From the NCBI GenBank assembly GCA_964539065.1, contig CAZIFH010000077.1, positions 1 through 31,599 on the forward strand: a DNA stretch of 31,599 nucleotides, given 5' to 3'. Made by a program: the position numbers and the translations under genes. Within the stretch, counting starts at the first letter, position 1; every line of letters begins with the position of its first letter. Positions 18,887 through 27,424 of the stretch are shown piece by piece. The notes beneath the pieces are model-generated. The model did no database searches and had not been told where the DNA came from. It was given only the letters and a program-made list of their open reading frames with translations. Source of the stretch: an uncultured Candidatus Bathyarchaeia archaeon. Its GTDB lineage: Archaea > Thermoproteota > Bathyarchaeia > Bathyarchaeales > DTEX01.

Positions 18887-19483
18887 TTATTTATTCTTTA
18901 CCTTAATGTTTTTGAGACATATAGCAATGATATCTTTTATTTGCTCTTGTGTTTGTATGATGGTTGGGTTTAACCTCCCTTTTATTATAGCTTGTTTGAG
19001 ACTCTTTTCTGAGAAGAGTTTCTTTAACCCTGTTACTACAATTATTGATTCGTCTGTTGCCGTTCTCGATATCTCTCTAAGTGTCATATCTATTTTTGGC
19101 GAATCTTGAAGAAGAGTTAAAACGAATACTTTGTGGAAAACTTTTTCTCTAAATGGCAGGAAATCAACGTCAGCACGTATCAAAGAGATTCTCTTCATCC
19201 CAAAATGCTTAACATTAGCCAATGCCACCTTCAAGATTTCTTTGGATAAGTCAACTCCAATAATGTGTCCAGCAAAAGGGTAAATGCTCCTAAAAAGAAA
19301 GCCTGTGCCACAACCTGCGTCTAGAATTAAATCTGAATAGTGTATCTTAACGTGTGTAAATATATATTTAATCTTCAAAATCTGTTCATCTAAATATAGA
19401 GAATTGTATGTATCTGCTAGTCTATCGTAATATTCCATGATTTCACGTTTTTTGTGCCAATACGATGGCAAATCAATTACCAC
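18887..19483 (-). CDS. Class I SAM-dependent methyltransferase
   Basis: ILDAGCGTG (motif I), IGVDLS, RADVDFLPFREKVF. Confidence 0.88.
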   Translation of the reverse strand: MVIDLPSYWHKKREIMEYYDRLADTYNSLYLDEQILKIKYIFTHVKIHYSDLILDAGCGTGFLFRSIYPFAGHIIGVDLSKEILKVALANVKHFGMKRISLIRADVDFLPFREKVFHKVFVLTLLQDSPKIDMTLREISRTATDESIIVVTGLKKLFSEKSLKQAIIKGRLNPTIIQTQEQIKDIIAICLKNIKVKNK

Positions 19484-19528
19484 AAAAACTTATTATTGTG
19501 TATGTTCTAAAAGGTTGTCGGAATCAGT

Positions 19529-20305
19529 TTGCCCCAACGTAGACCACTTATTATTTATGAGAATCCAAGCGTAGAAAAAGCAGCGGAAACAGTTAAGTTA
19601 GCAACTTCTCAGCGTAAAACATTGATTGTTGTTGGTAATTGCTGGGTTGACTATCGAGGTAGAGCAACCTCAATATTGAAGCAAGGCGAAAGAATCTTTA
19701 TTGTGAAAGAAGATGGATCGGTTTTAATTCATAGATCAAAAGGCTATGAGCCTGTAAACTGGCAACCGTCTGGATCTATTTTTTATACAACTCATAAAGA
19801 TGGGATAATGATGATTAGAGCCGTTAGGAGAGTTCCCTCTGAATCGATTACAGCGTATTTTAACCGTTTGTTTTTGGTAGCTGTCCTAAACCTTATTGAT
19901 AAAGGAGAATTTTCACTTTACGCAAGTGAAGAGGATATGCAAAGGGCGATTTTGCTGCAACCATCTATTGTTGAGGATGGATTGAAACTTATCACCTATG
20001 AAAAAAAGGTTGAACCAGGCTTTATCGACATTTATGGCATAGACACAAAAGGAAGAATGGTTGTGATTGAGATTAAGCGTAATACTGCCGGAAAAGAAGC
20101 AGTATTACAACTAGCAAAATATGTAGACTCTCTCCGAAATACGGTGAACCTTGAAGTAAGAGGAATCCTTGTAGCTCCCCGTCTTGCGAAGCGGGTACAA
20201 AAGATGTTGGTAACCATGAGATTGGAGTATAAACGTTTGGATCCAAAAAAATGTGCTGAGATTGTTAGAACAAAAGAAACCAAAAAACTGGTTGATTTTT
20301 GCTGA
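19529..20305 (+). CDS. nucS: Mismatch endonuclease NucS/EndoMS
   Basis: VDYRGRA, KEDGSVLIH, PVNWQP, SEEDMQ, and the catalytic PD-(D/E)xK segment GFIDIYGID...VIEIKR with QLAKY. Confidence 0.95.
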   Translation: MPQRRPLIIYENPSVEKAAETVKLATSQRKTLIVVGNCWVDYRGRATSILKQGERIFIVKEDGSVLIHRSKGYEPVNWQPSGSIFYTTHKDGIMMIRAVRRVPSESITAYFNRLFLVAVLNLIDKGEFSLYASEEDMQRAILLQPSIVEDGLKLITYEKKVEPGFIDIYGIDTKGRMVVIEIKRNTAGKEAVLQLAKYVDSLRNTVNLEVRGILVAPRLAKRVQKMLVTMRLEYKRLDPKKCAEIVRTKETKKLVDFC

Positions 20306-20327
20306 GTAAGCACTATTTATGATAATA

Positions 20328-20699
20328 CTAGTCTTGGATGGCTAATATTTTTACTATTCGGGTTGCGATTTCAATTACTTCATTAGCACTATCGTAAGCC
20401 TCTTTATTCGATGATTCTGACAAACTTTCCATTTTCTGTAATATCTGTTCCATATTTACTAAACATCGAAGAATTGGGTTTCTTATGTTCTTTCCTTTAA
20501 TAAAGGCTTCTTGTACTAACCCTTCAATGTAGAAGGGATCTCCAAGACTATAGTACACGGCAGCTTGAGCTTTCCTAGCAGCATCCAATAGAAGCTCAAG
20601 AGGATGCGCAACTTTATTAGACGCTTTCAACTCGTCTTCTGCTTCCCTTATGTATCGTAAAGCCCAACCCTTACGGAAATCATCCATCAATTTATTCAC
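20328..20699 (-). CDS. Hypothetical helical protein, possibly HEPN-like fold
   Basis: 123-aa ORF; WALRYIREAEDEL...AARKAQAAVYYSLG recalls HEPN helix 1/2. No Rx4-6H motif seen. Confidence 0.5.
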   Translation of the reverse strand: MNKLMDDFRKGWALRYIREAEDELKASNKVAHPLELLLDAARKAQAAVYYSLGDPFYIEGLVQEAFIKGKNIRNPILRCLVNMEQILQKMESLSESSNKEAYDSANEVIEIATRIVKILAIQD

Positions 20700-20737
20700 T
20701 ACCTAATCATTAGACATCCAATTTTACTTTTAGTTAT

Positions 20738-20971
20738 CTATTGCGCTGTTTCTTTTTTTGGATCGATTTGTTGGGTGGGTTCAGGCATGGAGAGAGTTGC
20801 AAGGCGTGTTATATAACCTGCTATCGTATTTCTTAGGCTTTTAGACTGAGTATATAAAATCGTTTCCAGTATTTTTTTGTTTTGTTCAAAATCAGCAGTA
20901 AATTTATCTGAATATTTTACTAAGAGTTCCCGCGCAACTTTTTTAACCTTTTCTGGACGTACGTTTCCCAA
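20738..20971 (-). CDS. rps17e: 30S ribosomal protein S17e
   Basis: GNVRPEKVKKVAREL, FTADFEQNK, SKSLRNTIAGYITR. Likely start TTG 20971. Confidence 0.95.
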   Translation of the reverse strand: MGNVRPEKVKKVARELLVKYSDKFTADFEQNKKILETILYTQSKSLRNTIAGYITRLATLSMPEPTQQIDPKKETAQ

Positions 20972-21108
20972 GTTCACTCATCCTTTTTTATGTTTCTTGA
21001 ATGCTAGATTTTTAATGTTTTTGATGACATTACCTTCTCACCAATCTTACTCCTCATATATAAAAATATGTTTTTAGGAGTCAGAATGGAAATCTTTTTA
21101 TTTATATG

Positions 21109-21125
21109 GAAAAGTGTTAAATAAA
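21109..21125 (+). promoter_or_regulatory. BRE/TATA-like promoter of the histone gene
   Basis: GAAAAGTG followed by TTAAATA (21117-21123), about 35 nt before ATG 21159. Confidence 0.45.
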
Positions 21126-21158
21126 CCTAAAAATTCATATTGAACAGAGGGAAATATT

Positions 21159-21374
21159 ATGGGTGAATTAGCAATCGCAGCGATGCATCGTATCTGTAAA
21201 AAAGCAGGGGCTGAAAGAGTAAGCGAGTCTGCTGCTAGAGAAATGGGTAAAGTTCTTGAAGAAATAGGCGTGAAAATTGGAAAGGAAGCTATAGACTGGT
21301 CTATGCATGCTGGCAGAAAGACAATAAAATCAGAAGATATCAGGCGTGCGGCAGAAAAGGTTTTAGGTAGATAA
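21159..21374 (+). CDS. Archaeal histone (HMf family)
   Basis: ELAIAAMHRICKKAGAERVS...LEE...HAGRKTIKSEDI; 71 aa, no N-terminal tail. Confidence 0.95.
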   Translation: MGELAIAAMHRICKKAGAERVSESAAREMGKVLEEIGVKIGKEAIDWSMHAGRKTIKSEDIRRAAEKVLGR

Positions 21375-21377
21375 ACT

Positions 21378-21418
21378 TATTTTTCAGCATCTTCTACATT
21401 TCTTCTTTTACCTTTGCT
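21378..21418 (+). terminator. T-rich tract after the histone gene
   Basis: TTATTTTTC...TTTCTTCTTTTACCTTTG directly after the stop codon. Confidence 0.35.
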
Positions 21419-21568
21419 TACGCTTTATCTAAAAACATCTGATGTTTCTAGGATACAGTATTATTCGAAATCATGATGAGAAAACATATGGTTTATTTAA
21501 TGATTCAAAAAACGATCAACTTATATTAATTTTGAAAGAATAACTGAATAAACATAAAAGTAGGAATC

Positions 21569-21736
21569 TCAAAAAGGAAATATATCTGTGACAAAGGCTG
21601 TTCTTAAGGTTTTAAGAACAACTTTTGATCCGCGGTCTGTCCTAGCGTTTTTTCTAGGCTTAATGATGGGGGTTATGCCCATCTTTCTGAGTAGAGCATA
21701 AGTCTTAGATGAATCGTACGCTCTATCAATACATGC
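21569..21736 (-). mobile_element. IS5-like DDE transposase remnant
   Basis: Minus strand reads DRAYDSSKTYALLRKMGITPIIKPRKNARTDRG, matching the D(G/R)AYD...GI.P.I.PRKNA segment of IS5-family transposases. Bounded by stops, no start codon. Confidence 0.7.
21599..21620. repeat. Perfect 9-bp inverted repeat
   Basis: TGTTCTTAA-GGTT-TTAAGAACA. Confidence 0.8.
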
Positions 21737-21877
21737 CTAAATAATGGTCCTTAAATTCTTATTCGACTAAGCTGCCAAGTCAGGTTTCAACCTCGTCCCA
21801 AATACTACTCAAACCAATCTTGCCTTCATGAATGTTCACAGTTTATTTACTCGTAAGGAGCATAGCGTCAATCTCTT

Positions 21878-24800
21878 TTACTTTGAAAGTAGTATTGTCT
21901 TTATCTCAAACGGCTTGAAATGCAGGCTAATAGCATTTGTATTACTAGCTATTTTCTCAACGATGTTTTCTAGCAGATCTAATTCAAATAGATCGCAGCA
22001 TTCAGGTATCTTAAACTCAACAGTACGCTCTCTTCCCTCCACTTCATGTAACCTAATCACGACCCCCCTTCCATCCTCATTACGCTTTATGCATTCGATT
22101 ATAACGCCATTTGGGATCTCTATGAAGCTATATCTTGGAGGAAGATTTCCTCCCATATTATTTTTAATAGCCCATTTAACTCCACTCCAAATCTCATACG
22201 CTCTCTTATAGACTTCTCCAGCTCTATAATCCCCTGGATGTGGATAAATGTAGTATGTGGTTTTACATAAACCTGAGTCTGACCAGGGATTGGGTATTAA
22301 TGGGGATTTAAGTAGGTTAACCCTGTCCTACCCATTTTAACAGAGTATCCATGCCTATCAGTAGCAATTATCGAGAACCCCTTATGTCCATCGGATATAT
22401 CCATCCATCTAAGAGATGGTACCTCAAACTTAGCCTCGTCCCATGAGTCTCTTATAATCGCTGATCTTTTAACTACGCCAAATGGTACCTCAAAGTATGC
22501 TTCTTCAGCTCTTACATTAGGTTCAAACCATGCTTTAACCAGAAAGTTCTTCTCATACCAATTTAACGTTACATCAACCATTATAAGTCTTGAACCCCTA
22601 TACAAGGTTATAGTCTGCTCTATTATGGAGCCCCTATACCTGTACTTACTTCTAATTTTAGCGGCTGCTGGGCCCTTCACGATGATATTAGCATCCTCAA
22701 TTAAGTCAGGTTTCACACCTGGAGTCTCCAGAGTTGCTCTGTCTATATCCCACGCATCATATCTTCCAGGCTTATCTATGTGAACCTCTATAACATTACT
22801 TGGACCAGCTATGAAATCTTCGCCAATCTCCTTATCGTATATACTTTCAATGTATCCATTATGCCCCACCCTAATTCTGAGATACTCGTTTTCAAGAATC
22901 ACTCCGTCCGATAAATCCACAGCTATAACATTATCAATCTTATCTCTTATCGTCTCTTCTATATTTGGCGTTATCACAGTGTAGCCTAACGGAGGAACAT
23001 CGACCAGAGCTATTGTATAGTCATTTATGGTTTGCGTAACAACAGGAACACCCTCATATGTCTTATAGGCCCCTTTAGGAAGCTCTGTGATCGCCTTCAC
23101 CGTCCATGGTAAACGATTAAAGACGATTATACTGTCCTTCTGTGCATTTACGTTTTTAGCTATGCTCTTAAGCGAAGTTTTAGTGATCTCGGATAGATGA
23201 ATTAAAGATTTCTCCAGATCTTCAAATGCCTCTACATATGCCTCTTTACATGAGGAGCCTGGGAGTACATCGTGGAATTGAGATCTAAGTATTTTCTCCC
23301 AACAATCTTTTATCTCATCTTTCGGATACACAATTAAATTCATGTTATTAACTATCGTTGACAGCGTCTCAGCCCATATAGCTTCGCTCTCAACTCTACT
23401 CATAAACTGCTTAATGCGAATGTTTGTTGTATAAACTCCTCTATGATACTCATTATATATCTCTCCTTTCCATACGGGTAAAGAACTCTCCAACCTCTGT
23501 AATGTCTCTATATATTCATCTTCTCTAGGGTTTTCAATTAATTCTGGTAGGATCTTCAATTTCTTTAATAGCTTCAATCTTTCAAGCATAGTGAATGTTG
23601 GTCCTCCACCCCCATCTCCATATCCATATGAGTATATTGCAGGAACCTTGTCCCTCTGTTTATACCTGCTCCACATATTATATATCTCTGATGCTGTTGC
23701 AATGCCATTATATGGCGCCACTATTATATGTCCTATAATCTTTGTGCCATCAAGCCCCTCCCATATAAAGGCATGATACGGGAACTCATTAGTATCATTC
23801 CACATGACCTTATGTGTCACGAAAATTTCAATGCCGCTCTTCCTCATGATCTGAGGTAGCTGAGCTGAAAATCCAAAGCTGTCTGGAAGCCATCCTATTC
23901 TACATTTCTTACCAAGTTTCTTCTCAAAATATCTCTGCCCATATAGGAACTGTCTGGCCAAGGATTCGCCTGAAATCAGCTGAGTGTCCGATTCAACCCA
24001 CATTCCACCAACTGGAAGCCATAATCCTTCATCCAATAGTCTCTTCACCATAGAGAAAATTTTCTGATCCTCCTCAAGCCACCTATAGTTCTGTGCACCG
24101 CTCTGAACATACGTAAACCTATATCCTAGGTTCGCAAGCCTAAATATGGTTGAAAATGTCCTTCGAATCTTCCTCTTAGTTTCGCTGAAAGGCCACAGCC
24201 AAGCCGTATCTATGTGGCTATGACCGAATAAATATGTCTTACCCTCCTTAGGAACGAGTGTGAGTATATCGCTTAAATTCTCTTCAATAATTCTTCTTGT
24301 TTCACGTACATTGCTAGCAGAGGGTTTAGGGGTATCGTTCATATGTCCTTCGATAACCTTTTCACCGTAAACAGATGCTATGTACCCTATATCCCATCTA
24401 AGTGACTGATATTCAGGCAGTCCCTCAATCATTAGGAATCCATACAGTGTGCGGGTTAAAGCATATATCTGAGATATACTCGGAGTCAAATTTATTTTAG
24501 AGGCAATGTTAGACAGATATGGTATCAAGCTTCTGTCGCTTTTAGCTAGGGATAACAGATCTAAAATGGATAAAGCGAGGCTGAATTCATCCCATAATAC
24601 AGCCGATAAATCCGAGGCTAAGAAGGAGAACATCCATGGGTTCTCACCAAATAATCTACGTGAAGTTGCTTCTAACGATATTTGCTTAATACCTGGCTCA
24701 AGTGTAGCAATACGATGTTGATTATCGATTCCTTGATAAGGTTCTTCATCCACAATGAGTAAGCCATTACCCGTTATATCTAAGTGGAGCAACCATTTAC

Positions 24801-24996
24801 TTCCCTCAATATCTGCTATATCTATAACCCTATCGAACCTAAGCTCGTCATCTGGCGAAACCCTTACGAAATAGGGTAAAGATATTTCTGTATCTTTATA
24901 AATCCATGAATCTATCAATCTGAAATCAATGAAAGTTGATGCCAAAAAATCAAAAAGTCTTCTCTCGATCTCATATATAGATAGTTCGCTTTTCAT
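21878..24996 (-). pseudogene. GH38 alpha-mannosidase split by one frameshift near 22315 (about 1039 aa if repaired)
   Basis: GHSHIDTAWLWP, VGGMWVESD, GWLPDSFGFS (nucleophile Asp), YGYGDGGGGP, HDVLPGSS. The -1 frame continues LLKSPLIPNPWSDSG...YIYPHPGD without stops into ORF 21878..22156. Confidence 0.85.
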
Positions 24997-25155
24997 ACTA
25001 ACCTTGCTCCTCGTCTAAAATTCTCATGATACAAAAATTAATTTTTCTAATAGAACTTTTATTGTTTTTGTAGCAGGGATCCCCTATTGGCTAAAATACT
25101 AATTGTACATTAATCTAGGAGTGGTAGAGCCGATGCTTTACGAAAGCAGAACTGC

Positions 25156-25538
25156 AAGTTGGATGCTACGATAAATATACTCACAAGTTTCTTTATGGAA
25201 TAGTCAGCATATCTCCACCAATAATTGGTATCTGCACTGCTACACTGGCTGCATGGTACCTTGCCATCGCGTTTGGAGAAGAGGCCTTCCATGGAATTGT
25301 AATATCCTTTGTGGAGACGCTTGCAACCGTGGAAATAACTATATCTGCAATGCTTATAGATCTGTGCTGACACCGCGAAGGATTAGCTAAGTAGCCTGGT
25401 TTAGGTAAAGAGGCTATTGAGGGTACGGATAAGCTGGATGCAGCGGACAAAACCACAAAAGCCATAACGAAAGGATTTGTCATAGGCGCCGCAGCACTTA
25501 CTGTTCCATCTCTTTTTGGGTTATACCCACCTAGTTGA
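25156..25538 (+). pseudogene. hppA: Internal remnant of a membrane-bound H+-translocating pyrophosphatase
   Basis: The plus strand reads KLDATINILTSF, then after a shift near 25190 YGIVSISPPIIGI...FHGIVISFVETLATVEI...TDKLDAADKTTKAITKGFVIGAAALT, which matches TDxLDAxGNTTKAxTKGFAIGxAAL. In-frame stops at 25368 and 25392. Confidence 0.8.
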
Positions 25539-25566
25539 TATAAACGTGGCTGACTTAAGATTGATG

Positions 25567-25773
25567 AGTACGGAAGTGATTGTCTTACTTTTCACGTCTA
25601 TGGCTTGGTCTATATTCTTCGGAGTGTTAGGTGCCATTCGAGACATCCCAACAAATGTTATGGAGTCGGCTGGAAGCTTCATCTTGACTGGATGGCGATA
25701 TGTTAGACACGTGATTCTGCCTGCGTTGAGAAGCCCAGCAATTATGTTTCTATACCTTTTAATTGCCGTCTAA
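25567..25773 (+). pseudogene. Fragment of an ABC transporter permease (nitrate/sulfonate-type)
   Basis: AWSIFFGVLGAIRDIPTNVMESAGSFILTGWRYVRHVILPA is an EAA-loop-like segment. Far too short for a full permease, and no ATPase or binding-protein genes nearby. Confidence 0.6.
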
Positions 25774-25849
25774 GTCGTATATCTCCATCTTTGTCCCTAA
25801 AGGAGGGGCTTAAAACTTAAAAGCGGGAGAGAGAACTGAACCTGGTAAG

Positions 25850-25947
25850 TGCTCCGGCCGGGATTTGAACCCGGGTTTGTGGCTTTCTCCAATCATATGT
25901 AGGGTTTCGAGAGGCCACCATACTTGACCGGACTATACTACCGGAGC
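25850..25947 (-). tRNA. tRNA-Glu(CTC) with a 23-nt intron at 37/38 (25885-25907), CCA not encoded
   Basis: Acceptor GCTCCGG/CCGGAGC, anticodon stem GTGGC/GCCAC, loop CT-CTC-G|intron|A, T-arm CCGGG-TTCAAAT-CCCGG. BHB central helix CUCU/GGAG. Confidence 0.95.
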
Positions 25948-26389
25948 ATTTTATGCGTCTTCCTAATTTCTTGATACACTATTTAGTCATATAAACTCAT
26001 GTTTGTTTTAGGTGTTTTAACAATCTGTTCAATTAAAGAGATATCTAAGTTGTTTTTAACGATGTTTCTGGATATATATTAATTAGCTATAGTTTATCAG
26101 TAAACAAACATTTTTAGTGAGAGAAATTTTTTGGTACTCTAATCGGTCTTATAAAACATTCTTCAATCTGTAGACAGTTATTAGTCATTTTCTGCTTTTT
26201 GATGAATTCTCCCATTTTTTACATGTTTAGAAGTTTGCTTACTTATTAACCGCATTTGTGTATATACTGTTACATGGTTTACAAACCACCCCTATCCTTT
26301 TAGTTTGCAATGCAATCTTTCATGAGCACTATACAACTACAAAAATTACCAGATAACTGGCAACAAAAAAATGTTATTTCATAAAATAG

Positions 26390-26519
26390 CGGGCCCGGAG
26401 GGAATTGAACCCTCGACCTACGGGTTTCTTCGCAAGATATTCTATGCTTAAGAGCTTCAGCCCATCTCATTATTGTAAATTTATTGGTCCGCCGCTCTAC
26501 CTTGCTAAGCTACGGGCCC
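26390..26519 (-). tRNA. tRNA-Lys(CTT) with two introns: 33 nt at 30/31 (26456-26488) and 23 nt at 37/38 (26426-26448)
   Basis: Acceptor GGGCCCG/CGGGCCC, T-arm GAGGG-TTCAATT-CCCTC. Removing both inserts gives the canonical GCGGG-CT-CTT-AA-CCCGT anticodon arm. Both inserts are flanked by BHB-type structures. Confidence 0.9.
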
Positions 26520-26631
26520 GTTTTTGATGATTAGGTAACTTATGGAAACTGCTAATAACCTTTTTCCTTAAAACTTATTATGATGGCTTTCTTGAAAAAA
26601 GTATTTTTGAAGCGAGTATAGAGGTCTAAGT

Positions 26632-27422
26632 ATGCTTGTTTTTGTTGGGTTAGGCCTTTTCGATGAGAATGATGTTTCACTTCGTGGATTAGAAGAAATT
26701 AAGATGGCAGACTATTTTCGGAGTTTTACACAATTCTGATGTCTGGTTTGGCATTGAAAAAACTAGAAAAACTGGTTGGAAAAAAGGTCAATAGTTGTTT
26801 CTCGGCAAATCTTAGAGGAAGAAAAAGGTGAAGTGATTCTTAGGAAGGCTGAATCTTCAAAGGTTGTTTTTCTAGCTCCAGGTGACCCTTTGATTGTAAC
26901 TACACATGTGGATCTTCTAATTAGGGCTAGAATGTGGAATTAAGACTCGTGTTGTGCATGGCATCTCAATCATTTCGGTATCTATGGGGATCTCTGGACT
27001 TCAGAACTACAGGTTTGAAAGAAGTGTTACAGTATCGTTTTCCAGAGGAAATGTTGTTTCTGAGACTCCATATAATGTGATTGCTGAGAACAAAGATAGG
27101 GACCTACATACCCTTTTTCTTGGACGTAAACGCGGAAAATAATCGGTATATGACTGTTAAGGAAGCACTCGAAACTCTTCTGTTGCTCGAGAATAAGAGG
27201 AAGGCTAATGTTGTACCTTTAAACAGCTTAGCCGTAGGCATAGCCAGAGCTGGAAGTGAGGACACGATTGTTAAGGCTAATTTTGTGAAGGACCTTTTAG
27301 GCTTTGATTTTGGAGGCGTGCCGCATGTGCTTGTTTTTCCCGCGGAAGACTTCGTTGTAGAGGCAGAGGCTCTTATCAGGCTTACAGATGCTCCAGCACA
27401 TGTGAGTAGCATGGTTAGGTGA
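26632..27422 (+). pseudogene. dph5: Diphthine synthase pseudogene, four frameshifts
   Basis: MLVFVGLGLFDENDVSLRGLE / EFYT.LM...LEKLVGKK / PGDPLIVTTHVDL / VVHGISII...[11 protein letters not shown] / LHTL.FLD...ARAGS...PHVLVFP...EAEAL. Shifts near 26719, 26790, 26935 and 27115. Confidence 0.9.
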
Positions 27423-27424
27423 TT

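Noticed and set aside
1414-20313. Many short antisense or overlapping ORFs in the track (e.g. 1414..1632, 11860..12285, 13336..13674, 14843..15226, 17787..18206, 20032..20313)
   Set aside because: They are shadows of well-supported genes on the opposite strand or in another frame, with no motifs or ribosome-binding sites.
21159-21374. Eukaryote-like tailed histone
   Set aside because: There is no N-terminal tail; it is an ordinary HMf-type fold.
21442-21543. 33-aa ORF MFLGYSIIRNHDEKTYGLFNDSKNDQLILILKE
   Set aside because: No SD or recognisable motif, and such ORFs are expected by chance in AT-rich DNA.
25033-25046. Palindrome AAAAATTAATTTTT upstream of the mannosidase
   Set aside because: Low-complexity AT-only sequence in a promoter region; cannot be separated from chance.
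25110-25483. Minus-strand ORFs 25110..25373 and 25193..25483
   Set aside because: They are antisense to the hppA remnant, which explains the sequence better.
25948-26389. 440-nt AT-rich spacer between the tRNAs as a possible ncRNA or CRISPR array
   Set aside because: No direct repeats, no convincing C/D box pair, no stable structure and no credible ORF seen.
25885-26488. Shared features of the three tRNA introns (two are 23 nt, all end in GAA)
   Set aside because: The ends are constrained by BHB geometry and the interiors do not align, so there is no evidence of common origin.
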